NCBI GenBank assembly: GCA_964392925.1
Contig: CAYMRP010000007.1
Location: 2,214 to 66,213 of the forward strand
Reading direction: 5' to 3'
Source of the DNA: an uncultured Gammaproteobacteria bacterium
Lineage (GTDB): Bacteria; Patescibacteriota; Microgenomatia; Daviesbacterales; UBA10151
DNA: 64,000 bases
The notes beneath the pieces are model-generated. The model had not been told where the DNA came from. It saw only the letters and a list, made by a program, of their open reading frames with translations, and did no database searches. The stretch's first letter is position 1; every line of letters starts with the position of its first letter. A program made the position numbers and the translations under genes. This document shows positions 19,763 to 30,400 of the stretch, in pieces.

Positions 19763-21333
19763 GCCAACTAAATATAGGTAAAGTCTCAGGTTTAATGACT
19801 GGTAGAGAAAGAGCTAAGTTAGTAATTGCCCTGCAACTTAAAGGGTTAAATGAACTACCGATAGAAGAGGTTAAAAAATATGAAGAAGGTCTGATTGATA
19901 AAAAACCTGTTATTCCTACTCAAGCTGAAATTAAACAAATTGTTGCGTCATGTCCGGATGATCAAGGATCTGAGTACAATTTTTATATCAATTTAAAACA
20001 AATAATCTGGACTGATATTGAAGACAAAATTAGAGATAACATAATAAAACTGGAATTTCTGTACAGTGATATTTCAAAACTCTCTTACCTTATTTCTATA
20101 TCCCCAATTATTTACAGTTCATTGCAGGAATTAGAAAGAATGCCGGTTGTTGTAACTAAGGAGCAGTATGATGAGGGGGTTGTACAAGCTAAAGAATTTG
20201 AAAGAAATTCAACCTTACCTTTAGAAGGCAGATATAATTTAGCTGAACAGGAAGCATACGAGAGGCTTATTAAAGAAGGAAAAATTGTAAGGGGTGATCT
20301 GGATTCCTATTTAGACTTTATTGATAATTTTGGTAAATCTCCAGAACTCTTACTAGGAGAGAAAGTTAAACAAATCCGAGAACAGGTTGCCGATTATAAG
20401 AAACAAAAAGAAATACTTGAAGGAGAAGAACCGGTATTTAAGTATTTTGGAAAATATGCTGATCTAAGTGAGGAGGAGTTAAGGGAAAGAGCAAAGCAGG
20501 ATTTTAGTGCTGAATTATTGTTACCTAGCCAAGAAGAGTATGATTTATGGCAGAAAACTGTACAAGAAGAACGAGCCAGGCTTCTAGGAGTTGTACAACA
20601 AGGTACTCTTAAGTCTCAGGATCAGGGAATTCACGCTGGTAGTTATTATGATTGGAATGGAAGGTATCAAAAATTTGCAGGCGAAGAAGGTGGGATAGGT
20701 GGTTGGAATCCCATGAATGAGGATTGCCTTGAGATGGGGTATTCCGACGGAAAGGTGACTTCCAGCATTCAGGCATTAGAGAGTAAAGACTGGCACCAAA
20801 TAGTTGTTTCAACTTCCTTTAATAAAAATGTCCCGGGTATTTTTACTCCTGATGCAATTCAAAATAGAGTTGAGATGGTACTAAGATTACTAAAAGTTCT
20901 GACTCCTTTTGAAGTTGCTTCCCAAGATAACAAAACAAAGGAAATTATTCTAAAGTTTTCCAGACCAGAATATGAGGAAAAGATTACTAATTTTGTAACT
21001 CAGGCGCAGACAGTAATAAATCGTACTTATGAGTATTTGTCTTTAATAGAGGAAGTTGAGGAAAAGTATTTTGATGGCATGAAACTATCAAACATCGGGT
21101 TGGATAAACCTGATTTTTCTCCCGAGAAAGTTCAAATGAGCATAGATGAAATCATAGAAAGACACAATGGAAATATGCAGGATGTGATTAAATTATTTGC
21201 CAGAACAAGTTTTGGACTTTGGAATTTTAAAATTGATGGACTTACGAGGTATCTCTTAACAAGAGAAGTAAAACCTGATATCGAATGGATCTCATTACAA
21301 CTTAAAAGATTGGAATTAGAAGCAAAGAAATAA
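19759..21333 (+). CDS. Hypothetical protein (charged, probably coiled-coil)
   Basis: 524 aa; GTG start preceded by RBS AAGGGGAGG; translationally coupled to the upstream ORF. Confidence 0.5.
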   Translation: MSQLNIGKVSGLMTGRERAKLVIALQLKGLNELPIEEVKKYEEGLIDKKPVIPTQAEIKQIVASCPDDQGSEYNFYINLKQIIWTDIEDKIRDNIIKLEFLYSDISKLSYLISISPIIYSSLQELERMPVVVTKEQYDEGVVQAKEFERNSTLPLEGRYNLAEQEAYERLIKEGKIVRGDLDSYLDFIDNFGKSPELLLGEKVKQIREQVADYKKQKEILEGEEPVFKYFGKYADLSEEELRERAKQDFSAELLLPSQEEYDLWQKTVQEERARLLGVVQQGTLKSQDQGIHAGSYYDWNGRYQKFAGEEGGIGGWNPMNEDCLEMGYSDGKVTSSIQALESKDWHQIVVSTSFNKNVPGIFTPDAIQNRVEMVLRLLKVLTPFEVASQDNKTKEIILKFSRPEYEEKITNFVTQAQTVINRTYEYLSLIEEVEEKYFDGMKLSNIGLDKPDFSPEKVQMSIDEIIERHNGNMQDVIKLFARTSFGLWNFKIDGLTRYLLTREVKPDIEWISLQLKRLELEAKK

Positions 21334-21354
21334 CCCTACCACTCTACTCACTAT
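21333..21354 (+). repeat. 22-nt direct repeat copy A (ACCCTACCACTCTACTCACTAT) with a promoter-like downstream half
   Basis: 21/22 identity to copy B at 30681-30702. The downstream similarity extends about 25 nt, through AGCTTGATATACT in copy A and AGCTAGTATAAT in copy B. A -10-like TATACT (21371-21376) ends 6 nt before the ATG at 21383. Confidence 0.6.
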
Positions 21355-21382
21355 TTTATTTATAGCTTGATATACTTCAGTT

Positions 21383-21958
21383 ATGTACGCATTTATTGGA
21401 GGGACTCCATCTGCTGGGAAATCATATATAGCTAAAAAGTTTATTAAAGAATCAGGTTTACCTATTGAGTGTGTTGAAATTGATTCATTTAGAAAGAATT
21501 TTGCAAAGAATCCGGAGTTAGATAAGTGGGTTAAGGTTTTTTCTAGTAAAGATGAACTGAAATATTGGAATGAAATTACGCCTGAGGAACATATAAAGAA
21601 TTTAATTTCTCAATCAGAGGCATTTTGGCCGGAGATTATTAAGATAATTAATGAGGTTAAGGATAACTCTGAGCATGCAATATTTGAAGCCGTCAATCTG
21701 CTCCCTTATCTAGTACATAAAGATTTTGATTTTCCTGGCTTTTTCTTGGTGGAAGAAGACATGGAAACCTTACTGAGAAGACTAAATTCCAATCCTAAAT
21801 GGGGTGAAACTCCTGAAAAGCAACAACTGGAGGCCAAGTTTTTTATTGAATGGGAGGCAAGATATATAAGAGATGAAGCTGAAAAGTATAATTACCCAGT
21901 TTTTAACAATGAAGCTGAAGCACTAAAGCTGCTTCATAAAATATTTAACAAAACATGA
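21383..21958 (+). CDS. P-loop NTPase/kinase-like protein
   Basis: 191 aa; N-terminal Walker A FIGGTPSAGKSYIAKKF. Confidence 0.5.
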   Translation: MYAFIGGTPSAGKSYIAKKFIKESGLPIECVEIDSFRKNFAKNPELDKWVKVFSSKDELKYWNEITPEEHIKNLISQSEAFWPEIIKIINEVKDNSEHAIFEAVNLLPYLVHKDFDFPGFFLVEEDMETLLRRLNSNPKWGETPEKQQLEAKFFIEWEARYIRDEAEKYNYPVFNNEAEALKLLHKIFNKT

Positions 21959-22815
21959 CAAATGATCACATTATCAAATTAAGGGACAGAAGAAGGCTAG
22001 GTTATTCGGAATATGGCGATCCAAAAGGGAAACCAATTTTTTACTTTCATGGTTGGCCAGTTTCAAGATTAAGTGCAAAGATTACAGATGAAGCTGCTAA
22101 GAAACTACATATTAGGATAATTGCTCCTGATAGACCGGGTTATGGGTTATCCGATCTTAAGAAGAACCGGACTTTACTTGAATTTCCAGATGATATTGTT
22201 GAACTGGCTGACCAATTAGGAATTAAAAAGTTTGCAGTGATGGGTCAATCAGGAGGCGGACCATATGCTGCAGTTTGTGCTTATAAAATTCCCGATAGAT
22301 TAACAAATATAGGAATAGTCGTTGGACTAGCTCCTACCTATATTTCCGGACTACTGGATGGAATTACATGGATTGCTAAAATTGGCTGGGCTAATTATCA
22401 CAGAATGGCTTTCTTAAGATTCATGGGGGCTTATCTTCATTACTTCAGAACTAGATACTTTCCTTCTTTTGGGTTACATAGATTTATGTTTGGAGCAAAA
22501 GCAGATAAAGCAATTTATGCTGATGCTAAAGTAAGGAATGAAGTTAAGAAAAGTTATCAGGAAGCGTTTAGACAAGGCTACAAAGGAGTTGAAAAAGATT
22601 TAGATCTCTACACAAAAGATTGGGGTTTTAAATTAAGTGATATTAAAGCTAAAGTTTATCTTTTTTACGGAGAAGATGACAAAAATGTTTCACTTAAAAT
22701 GGGACAGTATTATGCGGACCAAATTAAAGGCAGTAAATTGATTACTTATCCAGGTGAAGGTCATTTAGTGTCCAGAACTCATGTTGAGGAGATATTAAAA
22801 ACACTCATAACATAA
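21955..22815 (+). CDS. Alpha/beta-hydrolase fold protein
   Basis: 286 aa; oxyanion-hole HGWP motif (FYFHGWPVS); nucleophile elbow GQSGGG (G-x-S-x-G); C-terminal EGHLV supplying the His. Confidence 0.7.
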   Translation: MTNDHIIKLRDRRRLGYSEYGDPKGKPIFYFHGWPVSRLSAKITDEAAKKLHIRIIAPDRPGYGLSDLKKNRTLLEFPDDIVELADQLGIKKFAVMGQSGGGPYAAVCAYKIPDRLTNIGIVVGLAPTYISGLLDGITWIAKIGWANYHRMAFLRFMGAYLHYFRTRYFPSFGLHRFMFGAKADKAIYADAKVRNEVKKSYQEAFRQGYKGVEKDLDLYTKDWGFKLSDIKAKVYLFYGEDDKNVSLKMGQYYADQIKGSKLITYPGEGHLVSRTHVEEILKTLIT

Positions 22816-22819
22816 ATAT

Positions 22820-23344
22820 ATGAAACAAATTCAATACATCCTTGTTGGTTTACCATTTTCAGGTAAGACAACCTTGTCTAAAGCGATTGCCGAACAGTTA
22901 AATATTCCCAGAGTAAATCTTGATGAGGTTAAGGAAGAAATGGGTTTTAAGGGAGTGAGTGACAATGACATTTCCCACGAAGACTGGACAAAAATATTTA
23001 ATGAAACGGACAGAAGAGTTGTTGAGCATCTTAAAAAAGGTCAAAGTGTTCTGCATGAAACCTCTTGGACTAAAAGATGGAAAAGAGATAGAGCTAGAAA
23101 ACTTGCCTCAGATTCAGGGATTACTTCTAAAGTCATTTATATAAAAATCCCAGAAACAGTTTCTAGAGAAAGATGGATGGATAATAAGAAAGAAAACGAG
23201 AGATATGATGTTCCAGAAGATGTATTTGAGGAAGCGGTTAAGGAATTTGAAATACCAACTGAAGATGAAGATTTATTAATTTATGATCAATCTGTGCCAG
23301 TAAACGATTGGATTATGGAGAATTTGTTAAATGAACACCGATAA
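22820..23344 (+). CDS. P-loop kinase (AAA_33/zeta-toxin-like/polynucleotide-kinase-like)
   Basis: 174 aa; Walker A ILVGLPFSGKTTLSKAIAEQL at the N-terminus. Confidence 0.55.
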   Translation: MKQIQYILVGLPFSGKTTLSKAIAEQLNIPRVNLDEVKEEMGFKGVSDNDISHEDWTKIFNETDRRVVEHLKKGQSVLHETSWTKRWKRDRARKLASDSGITSKVIYIKIPETVSRERWMDNKKENERYDVPEDVFEEAVKEFEIPTEDEDLLIYDQSVPVNDWIMENLLNEHR

Positions 23345-23555
23345 ATTTCTTAAACAATTTGGCGATTCAACTGATATTTTTCGGCATATTGAGAGATTGT
23401 CACCAGCCTCTTTTCATTGAGGTACTTTTTTCGTCAGAATTCATGTTATTAATATAGACTGATGCTCAGAATTATCAATCATCTTTTGATGTTGCGTTGA
23501 AAATGCCTATATTATTACTTATACTTATGATAGATAGATTGATATAAGGATAAAA

Positions 23556-26500
23556 ATGGATATGACGCAAGAAAGACGAGAGCAACCACGTTCTCCTAAT
23601 GGGGAGACATTAAACGCACCACTTCCAGAGCTTAAAATCTCTCAAGTTCTTAAATCACCTGAGCCTGTCATAAAATCAAATGAGCGTGGTTTAATTCAAC
23701 CGGTTGGTGAATATACAGCGGTTTTGGGCAGGGAGGCAAAAGAAATAACGGTTTTGGATAAAGTAGGTAGAAAAGTGGAAGGATTAAATAATACACAAAC
23801 AATGATTCTGGATTGGCCGACTCTGACGAGCAAGGGTGGTTATGGTTCGTATGCTTACATAGCTATTGATCCCAACAAATTAAATTACGATAAAAGAGCC
23901 TATTCAATTGGCGTTAATAAATTCCCTGCTCATCTGCAACCTGTGGTAACAGAGTACATTAAACAAAAAGGACAGGCAGATTCTGTTGATACTCCAAACC
24001 AAGCATGGAATTTGCCAACTTCGGATGTTAAATCTTTAAAAGTGAAATCGGGAGATGGGTATATTCTTTTTTATCAAGAAAAAGCTAGTGGCTCTTGGAT
24101 AGGATTCCAAACTCAGGATGAACGCGGACTTGATCTTCCTCCCAGGAATTGGAAGAGATTTGATCTTGCTGACGAGTGGGCTGGAAGATGGCCTCAGACT
24201 ATTGCTGCTGAAATTCGAAATTTGAGAATTCCAGACTTAACCTCCATTGATAGAACCGAAAAGGGCGATTATGTTTTAGCATTAAAAGATAGCTTAGTGG
24301 TTTCTAAACCAGGTAAAAAAATTTCTGAAGCTGATTTTAAAGACCAGTTAGTTGGAATTGGTAATAATATATGCAAAGATCCCAAAAATAAAAACGTTGT
24401 TTATTACTGCACAACTGATAACCCTCGATTGTTAATAAAGCTGGATACAACCAACGATCCGAGCACTTGGGTAACTGAAACTGTGGATATACCACAAGCA
24501 TATATAAATATCAGGAATTTGCAATTAGATCCGACCGGTAATTTTTTTATGTTCAACTCGGGCATTGATTTTGTAATTTTGGCTAAAGACACTTTGCAAG
24601 AGGTGCAGAAAATTCCTAAACTTTCTGATGGTAAGCTAGATGACCAAGGAAGAATTCGGGGATTTGATGAGAGGGGGCATTTGGTGATTTATGATGCAAA
24701 TTTTCAAGAAGTATCTCAAGAACTAGAAAAACGAAGAGTTGCAAGATTAGCTCAGGGAATTACAGTTGACCTTTTCAAAAAAGAATCAGCAACTGCCACA
24801 AAAATTGAAACTGATCAATTGCAGCATCTAGTTCCTGTTAAAACTAATTTAGAAACCCAGTTTAATACTCAGCTTCAACAGATCACAGCTCTTGATGATA
24901 TGTCAATAGTTGGCGAGGCACTAACCAAATTACGAACACGTCTTAAGTCGGAGGGATTACAACCTGCACAAATAGACTTTATAACTCAAGGAATACAAGA
25001 TTCCATTGCAGGGAAAGAGAGAATTCTGGCGGCTCCAATTGTTGCACAAGGATTAACCGAGCTTCATACAAAACTTGGTGGTAACTTAACTGTTACATCT
25101 ATTACGGAAGCAAGGGGAGATTTGGCCAAGCTCAAATCTTTAGAGGGTCTTGTTGATGATGCAACTAGAATTCAGATTCGGGCATTGGAAAATCAGTTTG
25201 GTCAGCAATCTGCTGAGTTGTTCCGGAGAGAGGGTTCAGTTATTGAAAAGGATGTTGGTGAGCTCGTAACCGGAGTGAAGGCTGAATTAGAAAAGATGGC
25301 GACGATTGGTGATTTTGCGGACTGGCAAGAGTTTCGATTACCTCAATTAGTAAGCAGACTTGGAGCTTTGGCAAATGATTGTCCTATTGAAGCCTCTGAA
25401 ACTCAGAGGAAAATTTTGACTGCAAGGAGGCAACTGCAAGAGATTTCCAGAGAGAATGAGAAAAAATTTAAAGAGCATTATTCAGAGGTTAGGGAAAAGG
25501 CATCGGAAGTGATGGGCGAACGGGTTGAGTTAATGAAGGTTGATATAGATTCCTTTACAGACAGATTAAGAGGAAGGGGCTTTAAGGATCGTGCACAAGC
25601 TGAGTCTTACGCCAGATCAAGCGAGGCTCTGGAAGCACTAAGGACTGAAATTGAGGAATTAAAGAGGCAAAATCCAGATGCGGCGAAGGAGCTGGATAAG
25701 GTTTTGAAGGTGCAATTAGCCACAGTAATGGCTGAGATAGAACGGGGTGGGCTAACTACTGTAGCTGAGACCGGGCAACAAATGATTTTATTTGGTGATA
25801 CTCTTTTTCCAAAATGGGAGGGAAAAGTTCAGGAAAAAGTGCAACGTCAGGTGGATCTGATATTTATACCTGACGAAAGAACTAAGGGACCGGGTGTGAC
25901 AGCGGATAAGGTTTTAGGAGATATAGGAATTATTGAGATTAATTCCAGAGGAAAATTAGAAAAGCAAAGATTGTATGAGGGAATGCAGGATGAGGATGAG
26001 TGGCGTTATGGTTCTGTATCTTACAGGGGAGAATATGTTTTTCCATCTTATCTAACGCAAGCAGAGTACCGAAAGCTCAAGCAGGAATATGCTGATTGGA
26101 ATAAAGGTGACGGATCAAAATTAAAACAGGAGCTCAATGAAAAAAGAGGGGCACTAAAGGATTGGTATAAACAAAGACAAAAACCTGGCGAAAGAGACCC
26201 TCATAATGATGATCAATGGGGTGGGAAATACAGAGAGTTATTACAAGATTACGCAACCTTTTCTGCTGAGCATCATATTTTACTTTTAACTCGTATTGAC
26301 CAGATGCGTAATGCTCCGGAAACTGAATTTGCTAATGGATCGGGCTATGTTCCTGAATGGCAAAGCCACTGGACTGTAGATGAGGACACAGAAGGTTATT
26401 TGGAAGGAATGGCTCAAGCCTCAAAAATGCAGCTGGACTTACAGGAAGGGTTATTGAATCTTAAAGGTCATGCAGGCACAGGAAAGGATGTTTTAGTTAA

Positions 26501-27428
26501 GATGTTTTGTAATCGATCCAACAGACCATATTTTGCAATAGATTGTTCAAAATGGACAACTGAGTTTGAGCTTTCAGAGGATGTGGTGCTGGAAGCAGAA
26601 GATGGGGCTTCTAAAACAGTTAAAGTTCCATCAATTGTACTTAATGCTATTACAACTCCCGGTGCTGTCATGTACTTTAATGAAATTAATGCAATGCCTG
26701 AACAAGCCCAGATTTTCTTGCATGGTTTAACTGATGAGAAACGTACCCTGACCTTAAAAACCAGTTCAGGAAAGTCCATTAGATCAGATAAGACTGTTAT
26801 TTTAATGGGGTCAATGAATCCCGGATATCCTGGAACATTCAATCCGCAATTTGCTACTAAAAGTAGGATGGTAGGTTTGGAAATTGATTATCCAAAATTA
26901 TATAGAGAAAGAGATCCTAATGATCCTAATCCAAATCCTCCATTAAGTGCAGCTGAGGCTTTAAGAGTTGCCAGGCAGGTTGATTCATTAGCGGATCTTA
27001 CTTATGAGGCAAATCCACAGCACAACGATTTTGTAAAAATTTGGGACAGGCATGTTAATGGAATTCAAAATGGAGCTCCTGATTTGACCCAAACACAGAG
27101 ATTTGATGTGGAAGCCATTTTAACGATGGTGGAATTTGCTCAAAAACTAAGAGAGGGGTTTATTTTGAAGTTTGAAAAAGCAAGGGCATCTGCAATTCCT
27201 AGAGGAACACTTTTAGTGGATCAGCCAATTACCGGAAGAGAAATGAGAAGAATGGCATATTTCTTAAGTAAAATGTCAGCCGAGGAGAAAGCCACAGCTA
27301 ACCCGGAAGCAGTTGTTAGAAATTTGATTGAAAGATTCTTCCTCTCACATATTGATAAAAAAGATGAAAAGGATGATATAAGGACCGCTATGGCAACTTG
27401 GACTTCCTCCAAAAGACCGGCAGCCTAA
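23556..27428 (+). CDS. Giant protein with a C-terminal MoxR/CbbQ/NorQ-like AAA+ (AAA_5) domain carrying substituted Walker motifs
   Basis: 1290 aa. The C-terminal roughly 330 aa read GHAGTGKD (Walker A-like, but Asp replaces Ser/Thr), VMYFNEINAMPEQAQIFLHGLTDE (aligns to MoxR LLLDEINRAPPEVQSALLEAMEE with D to N), and VILMGSMNP...RMVGLEIDYP (the MoxR ATQNP...DRF..V.YP region). The N-terminal roughly 950 aa match nothing I recognise. Confidence 0.65.
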   Translation: MDMTQERREQPRSPNGETLNAPLPELKISQVLKSPEPVIKSNERGLIQPVGEYTAVLGREAKEITVLDKVGRKVEGLNNTQTMILDWPTLTSKGGYGSYAYIAIDPNKLNYDKRAYSIGVNKFPAHLQPVVTEYIKQKGQADSVDTPNQAWNLPTSDVKSLKVKSGDGYILFYQEKASGSWIGFQTQDERGLDLPPRNWKRFDLADEWAGRWPQTIAAEIRNLRIPDLTSIDRTEKGDYVLALKDSLVVSKPGKKISEADFKDQLVGIGNNICKDPKNKNVVYYCTTDNPRLLIKLDTTNDPSTWVTETVDIPQAYINIRNLQLDPTGNFFMFNSGIDFVILAKDTLQEVQKIPKLSDGKLDDQGRIRGFDERGHLVIYDANFQEVSQELEKRRVARLAQGITVDLFKKESATATKIETDQLQHLVPVKTNLETQFNTQLQQITALDDMSIVGEALTKLRTRLKSEGLQPAQIDFITQGIQDSIAGKERILAAPIVAQGLTELHTKLGGNLTVTSITEARGDLAKLKSLEGLVDDATRIQIRALENQFGQQSAELFRREGSVIEKDVGELVTGVKAELEKMATIGDFADWQEFRLPQLVSRLGALANDCPIEASETQRKILTARRQLQEISRENEKKFKEHYSEVREKASEVMGERVELMKVDIDSFTDRLRGRGFKDRAQAESYARSSEALEALRTEIEELKRQNPDAAKELDKVLKVQLATVMAEIERGGLTTVAETGQQMILFGDTLFPKWEGKVQEKVQRQVDLIFIPDERTKGPGVTADKVLGDIGIIEINSRGKLEKQRLYEGMQDEDEWRYGSVSYRGEYVFPSYLTQAEYRKLKQEYADWNKGDGSKLKQELNEKRGALKDWYKQRQKPGERDPHNDDQWGGKYRELLQDYATFSAEHHILLLTRIDQMRNAPETEFANGSGYVPEWQSHWTVDEDTEGYLEGMAQASKMQLDLQEGLLNLKGHAGTGKDVLVKMFCNRSNRPYFAIDCSKWTTEFELSEDVVLEAEDGASKTVKVPSIVLNAITTPGAVMYFNEINAMPEQAQIFLHGLTDEKRTLTLKTSSGKSIRSDKTVILMGSMNPGYPGTFNPQFATKSRMVGLEIDYPKLYRERDPNDPNPNPPLSAAEALRVARQVDSLADLTYEANPQHNDFVKIWDRHVNGIQNGAPDLTQTQRFDVEAILTMVEFAQKLREGFILKFEKARASAIPRGTLLVDQPITGREMRRMAYFLSKMSAEEKATANPEAVVRNLIERFFLSHIDKKDEKDDIRTAMATWTSSKRPAA

Positions 27429-27446
27429 GTTGAATGTATATATGAT

Positions 27447-30400
27447 ATGGACAGAGAAAGAGGAGAATTACCCCGACAACCTTTACAAAGAGATAATCTT
27501 GCCAGAGAAAAAATCTTTCTTGCTGAACAGGCTTCTGAAGGTGGTTTAAAAGTCGTCCCTGGAAAAAGTTGGGCATTTCATTATCCTAATGGTGCTGAGG
27601 CACGATCTGCTGCAATTTCAGGGTTACTTAAGGGAAGAGTTAAGCCAGATGAAGTAACTGGGGATTTAAAGCCGGACGCTTTTACTTACGATGTTGCTGA
27701 TCTGGAAACTCAAGGTTTACCTTCTGTATCAGGAAGAGTTAGAGATGTCTCCTCTTATGTGACCCACTACGATTATCCCCGCTTTGCTCAATTTGTTTCT
27801 GAAATGCAAGGAACGGGAATGGAAGCTGATACTGCTCAGTCCCTTTATGATGGTATTGCTCAAAGCAGAATTCGTAAGAAAATGATTGATTCTTATGGGT
27901 ATACAGGGAGAAAGCAAATGGAAGATGCGTTAAAGTTGGAAGCTGAGAGGACTGCTCAGCAAATTGGAGGTCTTCCAAAAGTGGAAAAGGTTTTGGCAGC
28001 TTTAAAAATGAATTGGCTTGCAGAGGATCTTCAGCTTGCAAGAACTGAACAGAGAGATCAGGCAGTAGGACAATTATCTGCTGATGAACGTGAACTATAC
28101 GACCAATTGAAGGATTCTTACCAGGGTTATGTAAGGAAGGGTGATCAAGGGGATTACGAAAAATTAGTAAAGGGGGTCAAAGAAAATATCCCTAGAATTC
28201 AGCAAGCGCAACAGGAGCCTCAAACGGATGAAAGTCAGGAAAAACTTGAACAGGAACTTGAGCAATATAAGGATAAAGTAGAGCCTCCGGGAATGCCGGG
28301 TGATCCTGCCATCCCGCCGGAAGATTCTGATGAATACCATACCCCTCCAGTTATGCCAGGAGAATCAAAGGAACAGGCTTCCCAAAGACCGATTTTTGAA
28401 ATAACTCCAAGTGGGTCAAGCACTAATCCTTTGACAGGCTATTATGCTTCTGGAAGAAAAAGTTACTATGATGTAGATAGAAAAACGTGGAGTAAAAGAA
28501 AACAATTATCTTCTTATAATTCAACTTTGTTTGGCTCCGAGAGGCAAACAATATCTGGGACTACGACTGCAGGTCTAAAATCAATTCCTATTCCAAATGG
28601 ATATGGGTTGGATATGGCTTCGCTCAAGTTTAATGGAGCCCGACCGGAGATTTTACGAGATCAAAATGGTTGCTTCTATATTAAGACTGATGGCAGTAAC
28701 TCATTCTCAGTTGATTTCTTAAAGCAGGATACTCCTTTCGCCGGTCCTCCAGTTGCAGATGACATTATCCCAATTCATCGGGGTCAGCTTTCTCCTGAAA
28801 CTGAACAGAGGATGTTTAGTTTAGCTGGGGGAACACTAGATAAAGCTGAACAATTACGCCAATATCTGCTTTCTAAGCATTTCTATCCTGGCGATGGAGA
28901 TTTAGAAATGGCTCAATCTCTACAACTCAAATTAAGATCGGAATCAACAGGTGATAATTATATTCAAAATCTTGATCAGTCTGAATATTTGGAATGTTAC
29001 TCTGCTAACACACTTTATCTTGCAATGTTAAGGAAAACAGGCATTCCAGCAAGGTTAGTTATTGGACATAAAGTTGAAGGTGCAAAAGATGGTAAGGCTG
29101 CAATTGATGCTACAACTGGGCATGCATGGACTGAAGTTTGGGACGGAGTTGCCTGGAGAAGAATGGATGCTACACCAAGTCCAAAACAGCAGAAAAAAGA
29201 TCAGGGGAAAGACCAAAATTCTCCCACACAGGAAGCTCAAGATGGAGGGATTGAGAGGCAAGATCAAGGGCAACAGCAACAGGGCGAGGGGCAACCACAA
29301 CAGGGCGAGGGGCAACCACAACAGGGACAGCCACAAGATGGACAACAAGGTCAACCTCAACAAGGTGAATCGCAGCAAGGTGAGCCTCAACAAGGTGGTC
29401 CTGGTCAGCCTGGCGAATCAATGCCCGGTTCGCAAATGGGTGAAGCATCAGACCAAGATATTTCTCAGGGAGAGTCGCAATTAGATAATGCAAAACAATT
29501 TTCTCAACAACAAGAGCAACAAAAGCGTTCTATGGATCAACAGCTACAAGATACTAAGTCGTTTGAAGACCTGAAGAAGTTAGAGCAACAAGCTGAAAAA
29601 TCTGATTTATTTGATGATATGAAAGAAGACTTACAGCAAAAGATGGAAGCTAAAGAGGAGCAAATGAAAGAATCAATGAAGGAGAACTTAGATCAAATGG
29701 TTCAAGATGGATTTCTGGATGAAGATCGTAGGCAAGAACTAGAGCAGCAACTTGATAAGAATAAATTGGAAGATTTGGATCGTATTAGACAGCAAATTGA
29801 GCGTGAGAGCAGATTGTTTAACGAGTATCAGGAGATTAAAGAAGATGTTGCTCCCTTAGTTGATCAATGGTTTGACTATTTTGTAGAAAGATTACCTCGT
29901 CAGGATGAAGTGGAGCTTGATGAAGATTCCTTAACTCGTCAGGGGGCATTTAACAGGCACTCAGTTATGAGACCGAGAAATTTACTTTTTGGTACGGTCA
30001 AAAACCCCCGTGTAATCAAACCATCCATTAAACCTAAGTTCCTAGCTTCTATTATGGTTGATGTTAGTGGCTCAATGGCTGGGGAAAAATTAAATATGGC
30101 AAGAAAACAGTTAGTTTTTTACAACGAACTATTTTCCAGAATTAGTGAAGAATTCGGCTTTATAAGATATGCTAACAATATTTTTTCAGATACTGTAGTC
30201 GAACTGAAATCATACGATCAGGAGTATGATAGCCCGACACGATACGATTGGAGTGATGGTTCAAAATCAACAATTAAAGCTCGTCTCATGCAAGCTGTTC
30301 GTACTCAAGGGGGAACTAATATGTTGCCAGCGATTCAAAAAGCAGCAGCGGATTTAAATAAGGAGACCTTTGAATACCCTGACTATGCTTCTTCATTTTA

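Noticed and set aside
29055-29493. Three overlapping ORFs of 100-140 aa on both strands (29055-29393 minus, 29062-29484 plus, 29170-29493 minus) inside the VWA/TGase gene
   Set aside because: They lie over the Gln/Gly/Pro-rich tandem coding repeat of the 27447-30662 gene. Low-complexity repeats produce long open frames on all strands, and there is no independent support.
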